Assembly: GCA_013239625.1 (NCBI GenBank)
Contig: MU054187.1
Coordinates: forward strand, 3,669,757-3,733,756
Direction: 5' to 3'
DNA length: 64,000 nucleotides
Source: Lama guanicoe
Taxonomy: Eukaryota
A program made the position numbers and the translations under genes. Below, piece after piece: positions 24,137 through 35,544 of this stretch (the stretch's first letter is position 1; each line of letters starts with the position of its first letter). The notes under the pieces were generated by a model. That model had not been told where the DNA came from and did not search any database. It saw only the letters and a list, made by a program, of their open reading frames with translations.

Positions 24137-27100
24137 AACAGGTAATTTTTCATATGTATTATTTTTTCCAAAGAACAAGATGCTAAATAAAAAATATTAA
24201 AACATTCTTGGAAGGGACCGATATTTTGCTGACACAGCTCAAGAGGCAAATGATTATCAAAACAAAACTTCAAAGATAGCTAGAGAGACATGTTTCAGTT
24301 CCTGGGCTTTTCAAATCTCAAAGCCAGGAGCATTATATTTCATTCAGCAAATAACAATTTAATCCTCAGAAAGGAAAATTTCCCGAATATCAAACCAAAA
24401 TGCATACAGTGACAACTAGGATTATAGTAAAAATGAAGGGGGAAAAACACCTTTGTATGACATTAAAACACAAAGAGTATCCTTAAAATTTTGAAGCTAT
24501 ATTGATAAAAATATAGTCACTAATTTATTTGGCTGTAAGATGTCTGCTTATTAAAATACTTAGGCTATCATGAATATATAGATAGAGAATTTTATCAGAA
24601 TCAGCCCACATTTATAAATCATCTCTCCCAGCAGCCACATTCCTTATAGAATTTCAAAAAAGCAAAATTAGGCATATAAATTTCAAACAAGAATCTCAAT
24701 CTATGAGGGCTCTCTAATTCTAACTGAAATAAAGATTTTGAGTACACAACAAGCTTAAGATTACTCCTCTAAGTTTGTATTATTTAATAGTAGCTTGAGA
24801 AAAGGGATGTTCAACAGGTAGCATTTCTAAGGCATTAAAAAGGCTGAATACAATCAGGTCAAATTAGTAACTGTGCTGTGCCCCGTCTAAAGAAGACTCT
24901 CTAAGGAATTACAGATTTTATACTCGTACACTCAGAGTGAGTGCATTCTCTGATTCACACAAGTAGCTAGCTGTGTAAAACCCAATCATGATGAAAGTTT
25001 TTTTTGCCACCCTTGGTGAGATAGGAAAAAAAAAAAATCACAATACCAGCACTTTTATTTAGGGTGACAATGAACTAACTAATCATAACTTGAAAGTGTC
25101 CAAATGACCTGAATTATCAGTCGTCTACTATAACTGGAAGAAACACTTTTCCTTCACTTTTACAGAAACTGAATTTATTGATATTAGCATTTGGTTTGTC
25201 AAAGTGGCAACAATTCAAGATCTAAAAGTCTCACTTATTTTAAACACACAGCCTAATTCTGACTACTTATAGCCAATACAACTGTCTCGAGCCAAAATAC
25301 AATGAAAATGTCAGATAAACTTCAGAGATTTTATAAGTATTAATGGCATTCTGAACTCTCTGGAAAGATTATTTGGGGAGGGGGAGGAGTTTCTCCTCTC
25401 CATTGACGGTTCAGTCACTTTTCAATCAAATCTGATTTCGCAATAGTTCACGGCATTAATTTTTTAATGAGTTCTTAGAAAGCTGTAATTGCTTCCAAAA
25501 ATTAGAAACCACAAGATGATGTTCTCAAACACTACACCGATGTAACACTATCATGAAGGGATTTACAGAAAGGTGCAGATGAGAGCTCAGATGTGAACAC
25601 AAGCTAACATACACTAGACTTCAAAATAATAATTTGTTTGTACAGTATGGCAAGAAAAATGTTCTGTATAAGAAGTCTAAAAACCCAGCCCTAATTTTAA
25701 TCCACTTCTATAAATCATAAAAACAAAGGAAAATAGGCATTTATTCCAGAAACTTCATAGACCTGTGGAAAACGGAACACAAGTAAATTCTATTCAAGAT
25801 TAACCTTAATCTCCAATAGAGCACAGCAAACAACTTACAAATTTTAAATTCTGAAAAATATTGTGAAAATCTAAACCATTAGAGGCAATAGCAGTTTATG
25901 ACCAGTAAACATTTCCTGTGAAATAACACAAATAAATTCAACTTATAAGATGCAGACTGACAGGTCACAAGGTTTTGAAATCTTTTGATTCCCAAGGCGC
26001 AGAGTTATAGCACATGTATAGGATGGGGTTTTAAAATGGGTATACGTGAACCTTTCCATGGTGTTGGTGTATGTGCTTTTTTTTCCTTAAAGAAATGCCT
26101 ACTGCTTACAGTGTAAAAGAATCTCCACCACTCTGTCTGCAGTTTTCAACCATAAGTCCTCAATGTACCTGAAGCCAAACTGAATATTAGGTATTTTACA
26201 GCTTTTACAAAATGGCTGTAAAATTACATTATGGGCATACACAGCTCTTTGATCTCACTGCACAGAATTCATAACTGTTCAATAATGCTATACCATTACA
26301 CCACACACCTTAAGCTATTTCCATTTTTCCACAATTCCTTCCAAAATCAGCTTCCAAAGCAAAGCAATGTAACATGAAAAGTTCCTGGGAGGGCTGGTTA
26401 CACAAAAGAACAGCTCGGATACAAACTGATCTCCACAATACCCATCTTCTGCTGAGCCTGCTTATCCCTCCCTCCCCTCCATCACTGCTAAGGTGGGTGC
26501 ACTTGAGTAATGGAAAGAGAAGGCTCTCCCATCACCACACCCTCCCAGCTCCTCTGCTTCTGGTCCTCATGCAGTAAGTCTGTGTAGGTGATGAAAATCA
26601 TAAGAAAAGAGAAGCTGTCCCTTTAAAATGCCCTGCTCTGTCCCATATCCCACGTGGAACCAACATCAGCAGCACTTTCCCATTAACTTCAATGTGATGC
26701 AAGAGGCACCATCCTTTTCTACACGTAAAACCAGAAAACCTCAGCTTAACATTCTTTACTGAGGATGAACAGGTGAAGCAAACGTGTCAGGAAGGGAGAA
26801 ACCAAGCAACTCCCCACCCCACCCCAAAAGGTGCTCCATTCTTGCACACCAGCCTCTCTGTGCAACATCACCTCTCTACCCCTGCTCTGCAGAGCCTGGC
26901 TGAAAGAAAGGAGGGAGCCACTAACAAAACCTGAAGCATAAATGCGACGAAAATGCAATCTAAAGCCGGAAAGGTTTATTCTTCCAATCACACATATTAA
27001 CTCTATTAAGAAAATGGCATCACTTTTTTTTCCACCAAAAAAAAAAACAACCCCGCAACGATCATTAAAAGAGAGTTATAAAATAGCAAATACAGTGTTT

Positions 27101-28209
27101 ATCTTATCTCAGATCAGTCCACATTACCAATAAGTTTAGCAGTTTCTGCACTACCACCTCCCCCCTCCCTCCCCCTCCTTCTCTAGCATCGGATTTTCAC
27201 GTTTTCTCATTGTCGGTTGAGTTATAAAAGGCTTTTGCCCTTCGAAAGTTTTAAAAAATAAATAAATATTAACTCCTTGGTCCCTGCAAAGTCAAAATGG
27301 ACTTCAGGGGAAAGGCGGTTCATACTTTTACCTTTAGCGAGAAAAGGGGGAGCATCCCGGATTTTTAGGGATTTTTTGCGATTTTTAAAAAATTTTTATT
27401 TGGTTATATGCCTGAGTTCTCCCTCCATTTTGGTTGTTTATGATACTGACAACAAGCTGTCCCTGCTCTGTGCAGATCTCCTGCTTTCATTTAGCACCCC
27501 CTCCCCCCGCGGCCACACACCCAGGGCTCACACCGCCCCGCAGACCCCGCACCCCGACCCCGGCTCGCCCACCTGAGGAAAGGGCAAAAACAAATTCATT
27601 TCCCCCAAAAAGAAAAACCTCTTTTGAAAAAGGGGCAAAGTTACCCCAAGTCACTCAAAGTGCCCCCCAAATATTGCCGACTGCGGGTTTCCGCCAGGCC
27701 CTTTGGGGAGCGACCTTCCCCCGGGATGTTTTGGTGGAAAATGCGGAGAGTTTACTCTCAAAACCGAATTTATATTAATTTTTCCCTGATTTTTCGGGTC
27801 TCTAATGTCTTCCGCTCTCGCTGCTGCCGCTGCCGCTGTCACAATATTCACAGCACCAGAGAGGAGGAGGAGGAGGAGGAGGAAAACTTTTCAAACTTTC
27901 CAGACCCTGAATAAAGGGGTTTTTTTTTTTCCCACCGACCTCACCTTCGGGTCTCCAACCGCATCGCCCCCTGCCCTGTCAGGAGCGACTTCGGGAGTCC
28001 TCACACCCCCGCCGAATTATTTTATTTTATTTTTTATTATTATTTTCCCCTCTGGGGTCCTGAGCAGGGGCTGAGAGTAGCACAAACTTTTCCTCCTCCT
28101 GCCGCCGCCGCTGCTCCTCTGCCCCCTCGGCTAGTCCCATAATTTAAATAACCCTGATATTTCTCCCGCTAAACGCCTCTCCGCCGCCCCGGACCCCGGG
28201 AGAACTCAC

Positions 28210-28389
28210 CGCGGGGCTTTAACATCCTCCCTCCGGCCCGTCCGCCGCCTTTACACCGCCCGCGGAATTTCTAATAATTTTTTTCTCATATTTCGGGCTG
28301 GACGCGGCGGGCCTGGAAATTGTTTCCTTACGCCTCTTTCCAGCAGCCATTGTAGTGTATGCGCTGCCCCTGCAGCCCAACTTGCAACT

Positions 28390-28390
<1 letters not shown>
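28210..28390 (-). other. PLAG1: PLAG1 exon 1 (5' UTR); TSS approximate
   Basis: Minus strand ACAATGGCTGCTGGAAAGAGGCGTAAGGAAACAATTTCCAGG...GGATGTTAAAGCCCCGCG|GTGAGT matches my recollection of the mammalian PLAG1 mRNA 5' end. It lies head-to-head with CHCHD7, as in human and cattle. Confidence 0.9.

Positions 28391-28420
<30 letters not shown>
28391..28420. repeat. (CCG)10 trinucleotide repeat at the PLAG1 TSS
   Basis: Ten perfect CCG units read directly. Confidence 0.97.
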
Positions 28421-28470
28421 ACGTCGCGCCCACCGCCGCCTCCCCCGGCTGCTCGGCCGCCGCCCCCGCC

Positions 28471-28602
28471 NNNNNNNNNNNNNNNNNNNNNNNNNNNNNN
28501 NNNNNNNNNNNNNNNNNNNNNNNNNNNNNNNNNNNNNNNNNNNNNNNNNNNNNNNNNNNNNNNNNNNNNNNNNNNNNNNNNNNNNNNNNNNNNNNNNNNN
28601 NN
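28471..28602. other. Assembly gap (132 N)
   Basis: Run of n characters inside the CpG island. Confidence 1.
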
Positions 28603-28993
28603 TCGCAGGCCCGCCCCCTGCCCCCGCCCGCCGCTGCGCCCGCCCCCCGCGCGCTCCGCCCTGGGGCCGGCCACTGGGCGCTGCCGCCGCTAGGGCTGCG
28701 CCCGCCGATTGGCCTGGGTCACCGCCCGTCAAGCCGAAGTGTTAAGAGGCGGGCCGCGGCGCCGGGGGCGCGGTGGGGCGGGGCCGGGGGCGGGGGCCGC
28801 GTGCCCCGCCCCGCCCACTCCTCCCTCCTCGGCCCTCCTCCCGCCGGCTGTGGGCGGGGCGAGGCCCGCCCGCCCCCGCCGCGCAAGGCCCGGTTCGACT
28901 GTCAGTCAGGCGGCAGCGCGCGTCGATTGGCCGGGCGGCCGCCGGGGAGCGGGGGCAGCACGTTGGGATGCGCGCTACTTAAGGTCCAGCTGC

Positions 28994-29055
28994 GTGAGCC
29001 ATTGACGTGTTTGGAGCTGGAGACGGCCTGGGCGCAGGCGGAGCGGCCGCCCGAG
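28994..29055 (+). other. CHCHD7: CHCHD7 exon 1 (non-coding); TSS approximate
   Basis: GTGAGCCATTGACGTGTTTGGAGCTGGAGACGGCCTGGG... resembles the recalled CHCHD7 mRNA start; strong donor GAG|GTGAGT at 29056. Confidence 0.8.
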
Positions 29056-30002
29056 GTGAGTGGTCCCCCGCCCTTCTCTCCGCGGCGGCTGCAGGGATGC
29101 GGGGAGCGAGGGGCGCGCGCGGGCCGGCGCGGGGCCCGAGTCCGCCTCTTCGGCGTGAAGCCGCTTCCACCAGGCCTCGCCTCGGCGCAGGCCCTTTCTC
29201 GTGGCACCTCCTCCCCGCGACCCGGGTCTGTTCGGGCCGGGGGCGAGGAAGGTGCCCCGAGCCCGGGCACCCTCAGTTCTTCCTTCACTCTCCTTCTCAA
29301 CCTTTGGGGCGTAATTGCTACCCCTGCCCCCAGTTTCCTGCGGCTTCCTCGCTCCCTGCCCTTCACGGCACCGTCGAAGGTCGAAGCAAGGTGTTCTCAC
29401 CTGTGCCCGCCGTCCACCGTTGGGCGCACCGGCAGCCCCGCGGAAGGCGGCGAGGCCTGGGGCTCGCGTCTCTCCAGGGTCTCTGCTCGACCTCCGCGCC
29501 GTTACCCGCCCCCCCCCAGCAGTGCTACCCCGACTTCCTGACCCTGCTTGTCTGCACCCAGCAATGCGTTAAAGGCTCTCGGGCCTCGCAGGACGCGTTG
29601 CTGTTTCCCGACAGTTGCCTCTGGGTTTGAGGAGAGCCGCAGCCCCTTGTCTCTGCCGAGACCCGCACGGGGACATGGACATGTTCAGCGCTCCCTTCCC
29701 CCTTCCCCTGCAGAGCTGCTGGAGAGTTGGGACGTGAACCACTGAAAGGGGAACCAAGAAATACTTTTCTAAGCAGGTTGCCTTTTAGGAAAGATTTTCA
29801 AGCCGTTCCTCCAATGTGCTGTGCTTTTGCGGCCCCTCCCTCAAACCTTTGATTTCTTTTTGATTGTCCTCTGATAGTAGAGCTTGGTAACGTTTGTTCA
29901 GTACCTTTAGAAAGCAGGTAGGTAAGGTCTGTCCAGCGGAACCCTCGGGCTTCCCTCCGGCCCCGCTCCTCCTGTGCTTTGGCTTTTCCTCTTCATTTCT
30001 AG

Positions 30003-30130
30003 TTACTGCATGAGGATGCACGCAGGGTGACCTTCGGAAGTTACTCTGACTTGTGTTTAGAACCCAGAGGGGAAAGGAAATGAAATGTGAATAATCGCAA
30101 ACCTGATTGGGCATACGTGATGTTACCTAG
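30003..30130 (+). other. CHCHD7: Putative alternative CHCHD7 exon with in-frame ATG at 30120
   Basis: Polypyrimidine acceptor ttttcctcttcatttctag|; donor TAG|GTGTTA (weak). ATG TTA CCT AG| splices in frame to the exon starting at 31838. Confidence 0.55.
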
Positions 30131-31853
30131 GTGTTATTTTTAAAGAATTCCTGACTGGTGATGATAAAATGCAAAGTACAATACTTTGATGTAAGGCAGA
30201 CCACCTGAGTTTTCTCTGCATCTGATCCTTGCTGAGATTATATCCAAGGAATATGAGTAGCTAAGCAGAATTCTGTGTTTTCACAGCATAGGGCAGATGT
30301 AAAAAAAGAAGGCTGTGAACTACGTAGCGTTGTCATCTCCCTTAAGAAGAAGTCAAGCCTGCAAAAGAATTGTAATTTAGGAGAGGAGGAAGCTCCCAGA
30401 TGTAGTTGAACATGTGGAATTTCCTTTTTGCCAAGAGGTTTCTTGTTAGCTAGGCGTACTCATGTATTGCTCGAGGGAACTCATCAAAGGGTTATTTAGT
30501 GGTACTAAAAGTAAAGGACCCCAGAATGGTTAGACTCTTTTCCATCTTTGTTTGCAAAGGTTATCTCCTTGAGCCTCATCTTTCCCTTGATAGAGAAGCT
30601 GAACTAGGTGACTCTTGACTCAGAATCTCTTCACTTTTCAGGAGCTTGTGGGGTTTGATTGTTTTTCCTGAATGTACTTTCTTTCTTTTAACATGACTGA
30701 TATTTGGGGATGGTCTGACCTTGAGCAAGGAAGGAGAAACCATTTCGTACAAAAACTCTGGCCTCTGTCTGGTCACAGGGACAGTTGTTTATTCAGTGGT
30801 GCTGGGTAGGTCATCCTGCGTTGTTTGCTGGCTTCTCCTTTGATCTTCAGGTAAAAGGCAGCTAAGCCGGAAGAGTTCGGTAGGAAGCACCTTACACTTA
30901 GTGCAGAGGATTTAAAATATTTGTGGGCTGCTCGCTGAGAGTATACTAACATATTGAAACCAAAAATTATTTTTAAAATAGTAACAGTTGACTTTTTTAA
31001 AAATTTTCTCTTTTAGGTTCTCTGTATACCATATCTTTGAAGATAATAATCTTACCAATTTCAGTTAACTCCGCTGTAGAGAGCGTTGTCCTGGGGTAAA
31101 TATATACCTGTTGTGTGAGTACGGGACTTGACTTGGAATCACCAGTTGGCTCTTAGAGAACCGTGGTCTAAAAGCTTCTGGTATAAAAGCTGCATCTGTG
31201 TAGGGCTTTCGTTGGAAGATTAGTGAACCACAGTAGCAATCCCTGACTTCTTTCAGTCCAGGGAAGTATCAATTAAATAGCGGATACCGCTGGAAGTTAA
31301 GTTTCAGATTTCTCTTTTTAACTTTTCAAAATGTCAGCCAAGCAATAACTTGGTTTTCTGGCATATTGGCCACTCTAGGGCTGGCCTTGGAGTAGACATT
31401 CAGGTACTTAAGGTAGCAAATGTTTTTGCTAAAGGTGAGTTGTACTAAATTATTCCACACTTGTAATAAGGAAGTCATCGTTAGAATGCATGCCGCATTC
31501 TTTGGTTTTGTTAATACATTTAATTGCTTAACCTTTAGAAATAGGAATAAAGTAAAACTGAATTTTAGCTGAACTATCTTTCTTCTGGACATTGTAATCA
31601 AATTTCAGTAAATGGACATAAGTAATTTAAATATGGCCTTTGTGCTGAGACACAAGACAGTGCAAAGGAGAAACTTATAAAGTCTTTATTCTGAAAATAC
31701 AGAGGGTACGTGAAGTTCCTCACTGGATAATCATTATGCCAAAATTAAGTGCTCAAGTACTGTCGGAGCTAATGAGATTTGCGGATGCATTTTCTGTCAC
31801 CCCACCATGTAACTCTTTCCTCAACATCTGCCTGCAGTAAGAAGACTGTCAGG

Positions 31854-31907
31854 ATGCCCATGGTCACACGGAAGCTGAGAGATCCTGACGTAAACCCTTG
31901 CTTGTCG
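31854..31907 (+). CDS. CHCHD7: CHCHD7 coding exon 1 (MPMVTRKLRDPDVNPCLS)
   Basis: Acceptor ctgcag|31838, ATG at 31854, donor TCG|GTAAGG. Translation matches the CHCHD7 N-terminus (human MPSVTQRLRDPDINPCLS). Confidence 0.96.
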
Positions 31908-33318
31908 GTAAGGTGGTTTGCTCTTAATTGTCATGAGTGTTAAGTTGGAACAGGCTTCTGATTGCATGGGCATCTGTTTTCTGCAGTTCTTAAATAAAGT
32001 TATTTCTGTACAAAAAATGTTTCTGGTCAGTGTATCCTTATTTCACTAGAGCGTTTTAAAATGTTCATGATTTAGCTAGCATCTCTTTTAAGTTCCCCTT
32101 ATTTGTGTAATATACAAGTGTTTAGTTTTCACTGTAACATTAGGCATGTGTATGTAACACTGAGGAAAATCTTTAGTAGGAAAGTAGGTATTTTTAAACT
32201 GTCACTGAAATTTCTGTTTTGATAGCAATAATTTCATCACATCCTTGTGGCAACCTGTCGGAGAGTAAGGGGCTGATAACAGAATTAGCCTATTTAAATC
32301 CTAAAGGTTTTCAGAAAGGAATTATAAGCGAAATATTTGGTTGTAATAGTACACTTTTATTGGCATTTATTTGATATTATTCATAGTACTTCCTTGTGGC
32401 ATTGTCATCCTTGAACAATGCAGTTATCAGACAGGGTCTGTGAAAAGCGTATTCCCCGATCCTATGTGCATTTTCCCGAGACACACATTCATTAAATATT
32501 TGGCATAGAACATTAGTTTCGTTCTATATATGAAATCTGTTTTAACAGCTTTATTAAGTCTCTTTAGATAGACCACGTTTCTTAGATCTGTGAAGCAAAT
32601 TATCTACCCGTTTGTTTAAGGCTTCCCTGTAGATGGCATCCCAGAATCATGTCTCTCACTTTGAAATTAATTATCCAGTCTCCTTCCAGCTCAGAGACCT
32701 TACATGTGACTCGCAAATGGCAGCTGCCCTCCTTGGAACTCACAGTCCTGTGTTGCTCACTCTGGTTTTGAAGTGATATTAATGATAGCTATTAAAATTG
32801 CTTGCATAATAGTGTATAAACTTGTGTAGTGGAGTGAGTGACAGCCAAAAATACAGTGAGATGAATGTCATTAATTTAAGTTACCTTGATGTAGACCAGT
32901 CATTAGCGACTTAGGATCTTGAAACCAGCTTAACATCAAACATTCAAGTCCAAGCGGGAACTTGGAGGAGGCGGAGGCGGAGGGCTGCTCTGCGAGTCAG
33001 GAGGCCAGGTTCTGCCTCTCACCGCGCGGTGGTGATGTCGAGCTCAGCGCACCTTGCCTTTGTTAACTGGTACTGGGTTAGGTGAGCCAGTCAGTGCTTC
33101 AGCTCAAATTCCTGTGATCAGATATTCGGAAAACTGACCCAGACTATGAAAAGGAAGATGTCTGCTTCAAGCAGAATGAATGCTGGGATAGTTGGAAAGA
33201 TAATTCCATTTCTGTTCATTAAAATTACCTGCTCTGGTGGGGAAGCAGCTTCAGAAATCTGTCCTTTTTTTAAGATGCCGTTCCACCTCTTAAATGATAC
33301 CTGTCTTACATATTTAAG

Positions 33319-33417
33319 GAGTCCGATGCTTCCACCAGATGTATGGACGAGAATAACTATGACAAGGAGAGGTGCTCCGCTTACTTCCTGAAGTACAGAA
33401 GCTGCCGCAAGTTCTGG
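33319..33417 (+). CDS. CHCHD7: CHCHD7 coding exon 2 ([33 protein letters not shown])
   Basis: AG/GT-bounded 99-nt phase-0 exon; completes the twin CX9C motifs (C16-C26, C37-C47). Confidence 0.97.
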
Positions 33418-34125
33418 GTAAGCCCAGCCCGGGTGCCCTGATGTTAGGGCTCGTCTCTGAGGCTCGAAGCTGGAGCCTGCAACTCGTCAGTGCCCACACT
33501 GCTCTCTCAGTGATGGCAGAGGAGCCTTGAGCTCTTTGACTTAACCTCTGTGTGCCCTAAAGGACCCTTGGGAGCGCTTGTTAGCCGCCCTGCCCCACTC
33601 CCACGGGTAAGGATGCAGCTCTGACAGAGGTGGGTCTTCCGACGTGTACAAGTACCTGCAGCCCTAAAACGATACCCTTGTTCTGATTTTAGGCTTCTGG
33701 AGGTGAACAGAACGGGTGCCCTACCCTGTACAGCACGTCCCAGGCTACCCCTCCCATTGCCACCCGTGGTCCCTTTCTCCGGGACACTGGCATGCCATGT
33801 CTGTTCCTCTCCCTCTGTGGTGTTTCCTGCTGGTTTCGTCTGGCGGTTACGTGGTAGCTCCTCTCAATGTGCTGTACTTTGCTCTCAGAATTAAACGATT
33901 TGTCCCATCCCAGTTAACAGGTCCTTCCTACGGGAATAGTCACGTCTATTTAATTGGTTTATAGTCTGAAGACATTATCTGGAGTCCTAGAATTCATTTT
34001 TAATTTTTCTTAAACGTGGTGTTCTTATATTCCGTTTTTGAAGAAGCAACAGCAGGTTGCTGGCCGATGGGTAGCATTTAGTGCGTCACTGACTGCGGTT
34101 TCTTCTCTTTTCTGTGCACACGCAG

Positions 34126-34230
34126 CATTCTATCATGCTCCAGCGAAGACAGAGTGGGGTGAAGCCGCCCATGCCTACAGCAGCAGAAAGAGCCGAAATC
34201 TTGGGAGCGATGGGAAAGATGCCCTATTGA
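34126..34230 (+). CDS. CHCHD7: CHCHD7 coding exon 3 ([34 protein letters not shown])
   Basis: Acceptor ...cacgcag|, TGA at 34228-34230. Spliced protein is 85 aa, a mitochondrial intermembrane-space CHCH-domain protein (Cox23 homolog). Confidence 0.97.
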   Translation, partial: HSIMLQRRQSGVKPPMPTAAERAEILGAMGKMPY

Positions 34231-35325
34231 ATGTTTGCATTAAAATTGTTTATTTAACTTAGAAGCAGATGAATATGTTTAATAAGTGATGGCTGTAATC
34301 TTTTAAGACCTTCTAGGCCTTGCCCGGAAAGACCTTCAGTTCTTGCAGGGGCAGCCCTGTGTCCTCTGTGTTCACTGTCCGAGCCGTGGTGAGAGCGGAC
34401 TGCTGCTGGCTCTGCCGGGTCGCCGAGTTTACAAGCCTTCTCGAAGGTCGGGGAGGTCAGGAAGGGCTGCGTGGAGAGTTGAGCTTCTCTGGGTCTGCGA
34501 GGAGGAGTAAGACTCAAGCAAGGAAGGACTGGATGGAGGTGACAGGAAAGCAGTGCCTCCCAGGACGGGGGATGAGGTGGGCGACTCCACGAGGGAAGCT
34601 GGAGGCACGTCTGGAGAGTCATCTGGAGATGGTCCCCCGGAGGGCGAGGTGGGGGGAGAGGCAGGGAGGAGCCCCCTGGGAGGGGCATGCAGGGTAGATG
34701 GGCGGTGCCAGGACCCCTACCTGGCTCACTCCCTCCCCGGGGTTTACATAAGGTTCAGGAAGCAGGACTGTTCAGTGGCGGCAAAGGAGCCTGTTTTCTT
34801 CATCTTTCTCTGAGGAAAGACTTAGTGGAAGGAGTCCGTGACTAAAGTCTCTGGACACTGGACACTGGACACCCTGAAGGCAGGGTGTGACGGGAAGAAA
34901 AGGTGATTTCTCTTAGAAGTGATATTTCTACTTGCAGGGCGAGGTGGACACAGTGACTCGGGGTTCGTCCGGCGCCCGCAGCACAGGGGCGAGGCTGCTG
35001 CTGAGCTGCGCTGTGTGATACACAAACAGGGATATTTCGCCTGGTGGCTGGGCTGGATTGTGGAGCAGCTCTCAGACTCACTACTTTTTAAAATAAAATC
35101 TGGTTTGTTTCATGTGCAGAATCGTTTTACAAAACACATTATTTGGTAAAATTTGATGTTTACTGGGAAGTTGGTGAAAACAATTAGTTGGTGTTCCTTT
35201 TTCTCATTTGGGCTGGAGCGAGTTTCTGCTGACAACAGACTATCCGTCTCCTTGGTCCTAATCCAAAACCCAGGTCAGATGCTTTTAAACTATATGACCT
35301 TGATTTTCAAATGTGACTCTATTTG

Positions 35326-35331
35326 AATAAA
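35326..35331 (+). terminator. CHCHD7: Likely distal CHCHD7 polyadenylation signal
   Basis: AATAAA about 1.1 kb after the stop, followed by T/GT-rich sequence. Other candidates: ATTAAA 34239-34244 and AATAAA 35092-35097. Confidence 0.55.
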
Positions 35332-35544
35332 AGGTGAATTGTTTCAGAAGTTTTTTAATTGGTATTGATTGCTCCAAAAATGATGGATTAAAATAGGACC
35401 GGACAAGAGGTTAATACCTACTGTGTAAGAAGCATTTCAGCACTTTAAAGCTTGGTTAAGGGTCTGGAATTGTAATGTCACCTTTCTAAATGTGCAGAGC
35501 AACAGCAGCATGCCTCAGATAGCTGTTTGTCCTGGCCTAGCTCT

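Larger units (their letters stand above)
13640..28209 (-). other. PLAG1: PLAG1 intron 1 (AT-rich part; leftward extent unresolved)
   Basis: Starts at the exon-1 donor GTGAGTTCT (28209 leftwards). No recognisable PLAG1 exon 2 or zinc-finger coding sequence appears in the window. Confidence 0.7.
27500..29700. promoter_or_regulatory. CpG island / PLAG1-CHCHD7 bidirectional promoter
   Basis: Very GC- and CpG-rich. Divergent first exons with donors at 28209 (-) and 29056 (+). ATTGG (CCAAT) boxes at 28708-28712 and 28926-28930, GC boxes at ~28775-28796, TGACGT at 29003-29008. Confidence 0.93.

Noticed and set aside
1..28209. PLAG1 protein-coding exons
   Set aside because: No C2H2 zinc-finger ORF or recalled exon 2/3 sequence found; the CDS must lie outside the window.
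28219..29630. ORFs of 112-246 aa across the CpG island, several spanning the N gap
   Set aside because: Artifacts of CCG repeats, Ns and high GC. Only the ATG-initiated uORFs in PLAG1 exon 1 are kept, as a finding.
31017..31114. Possible extra CHCHD7 cassette exon (ttttag| ... |gtgagt)
   Set aside because: Splice-like motifs only; no coding link or recalled isoform supports it.
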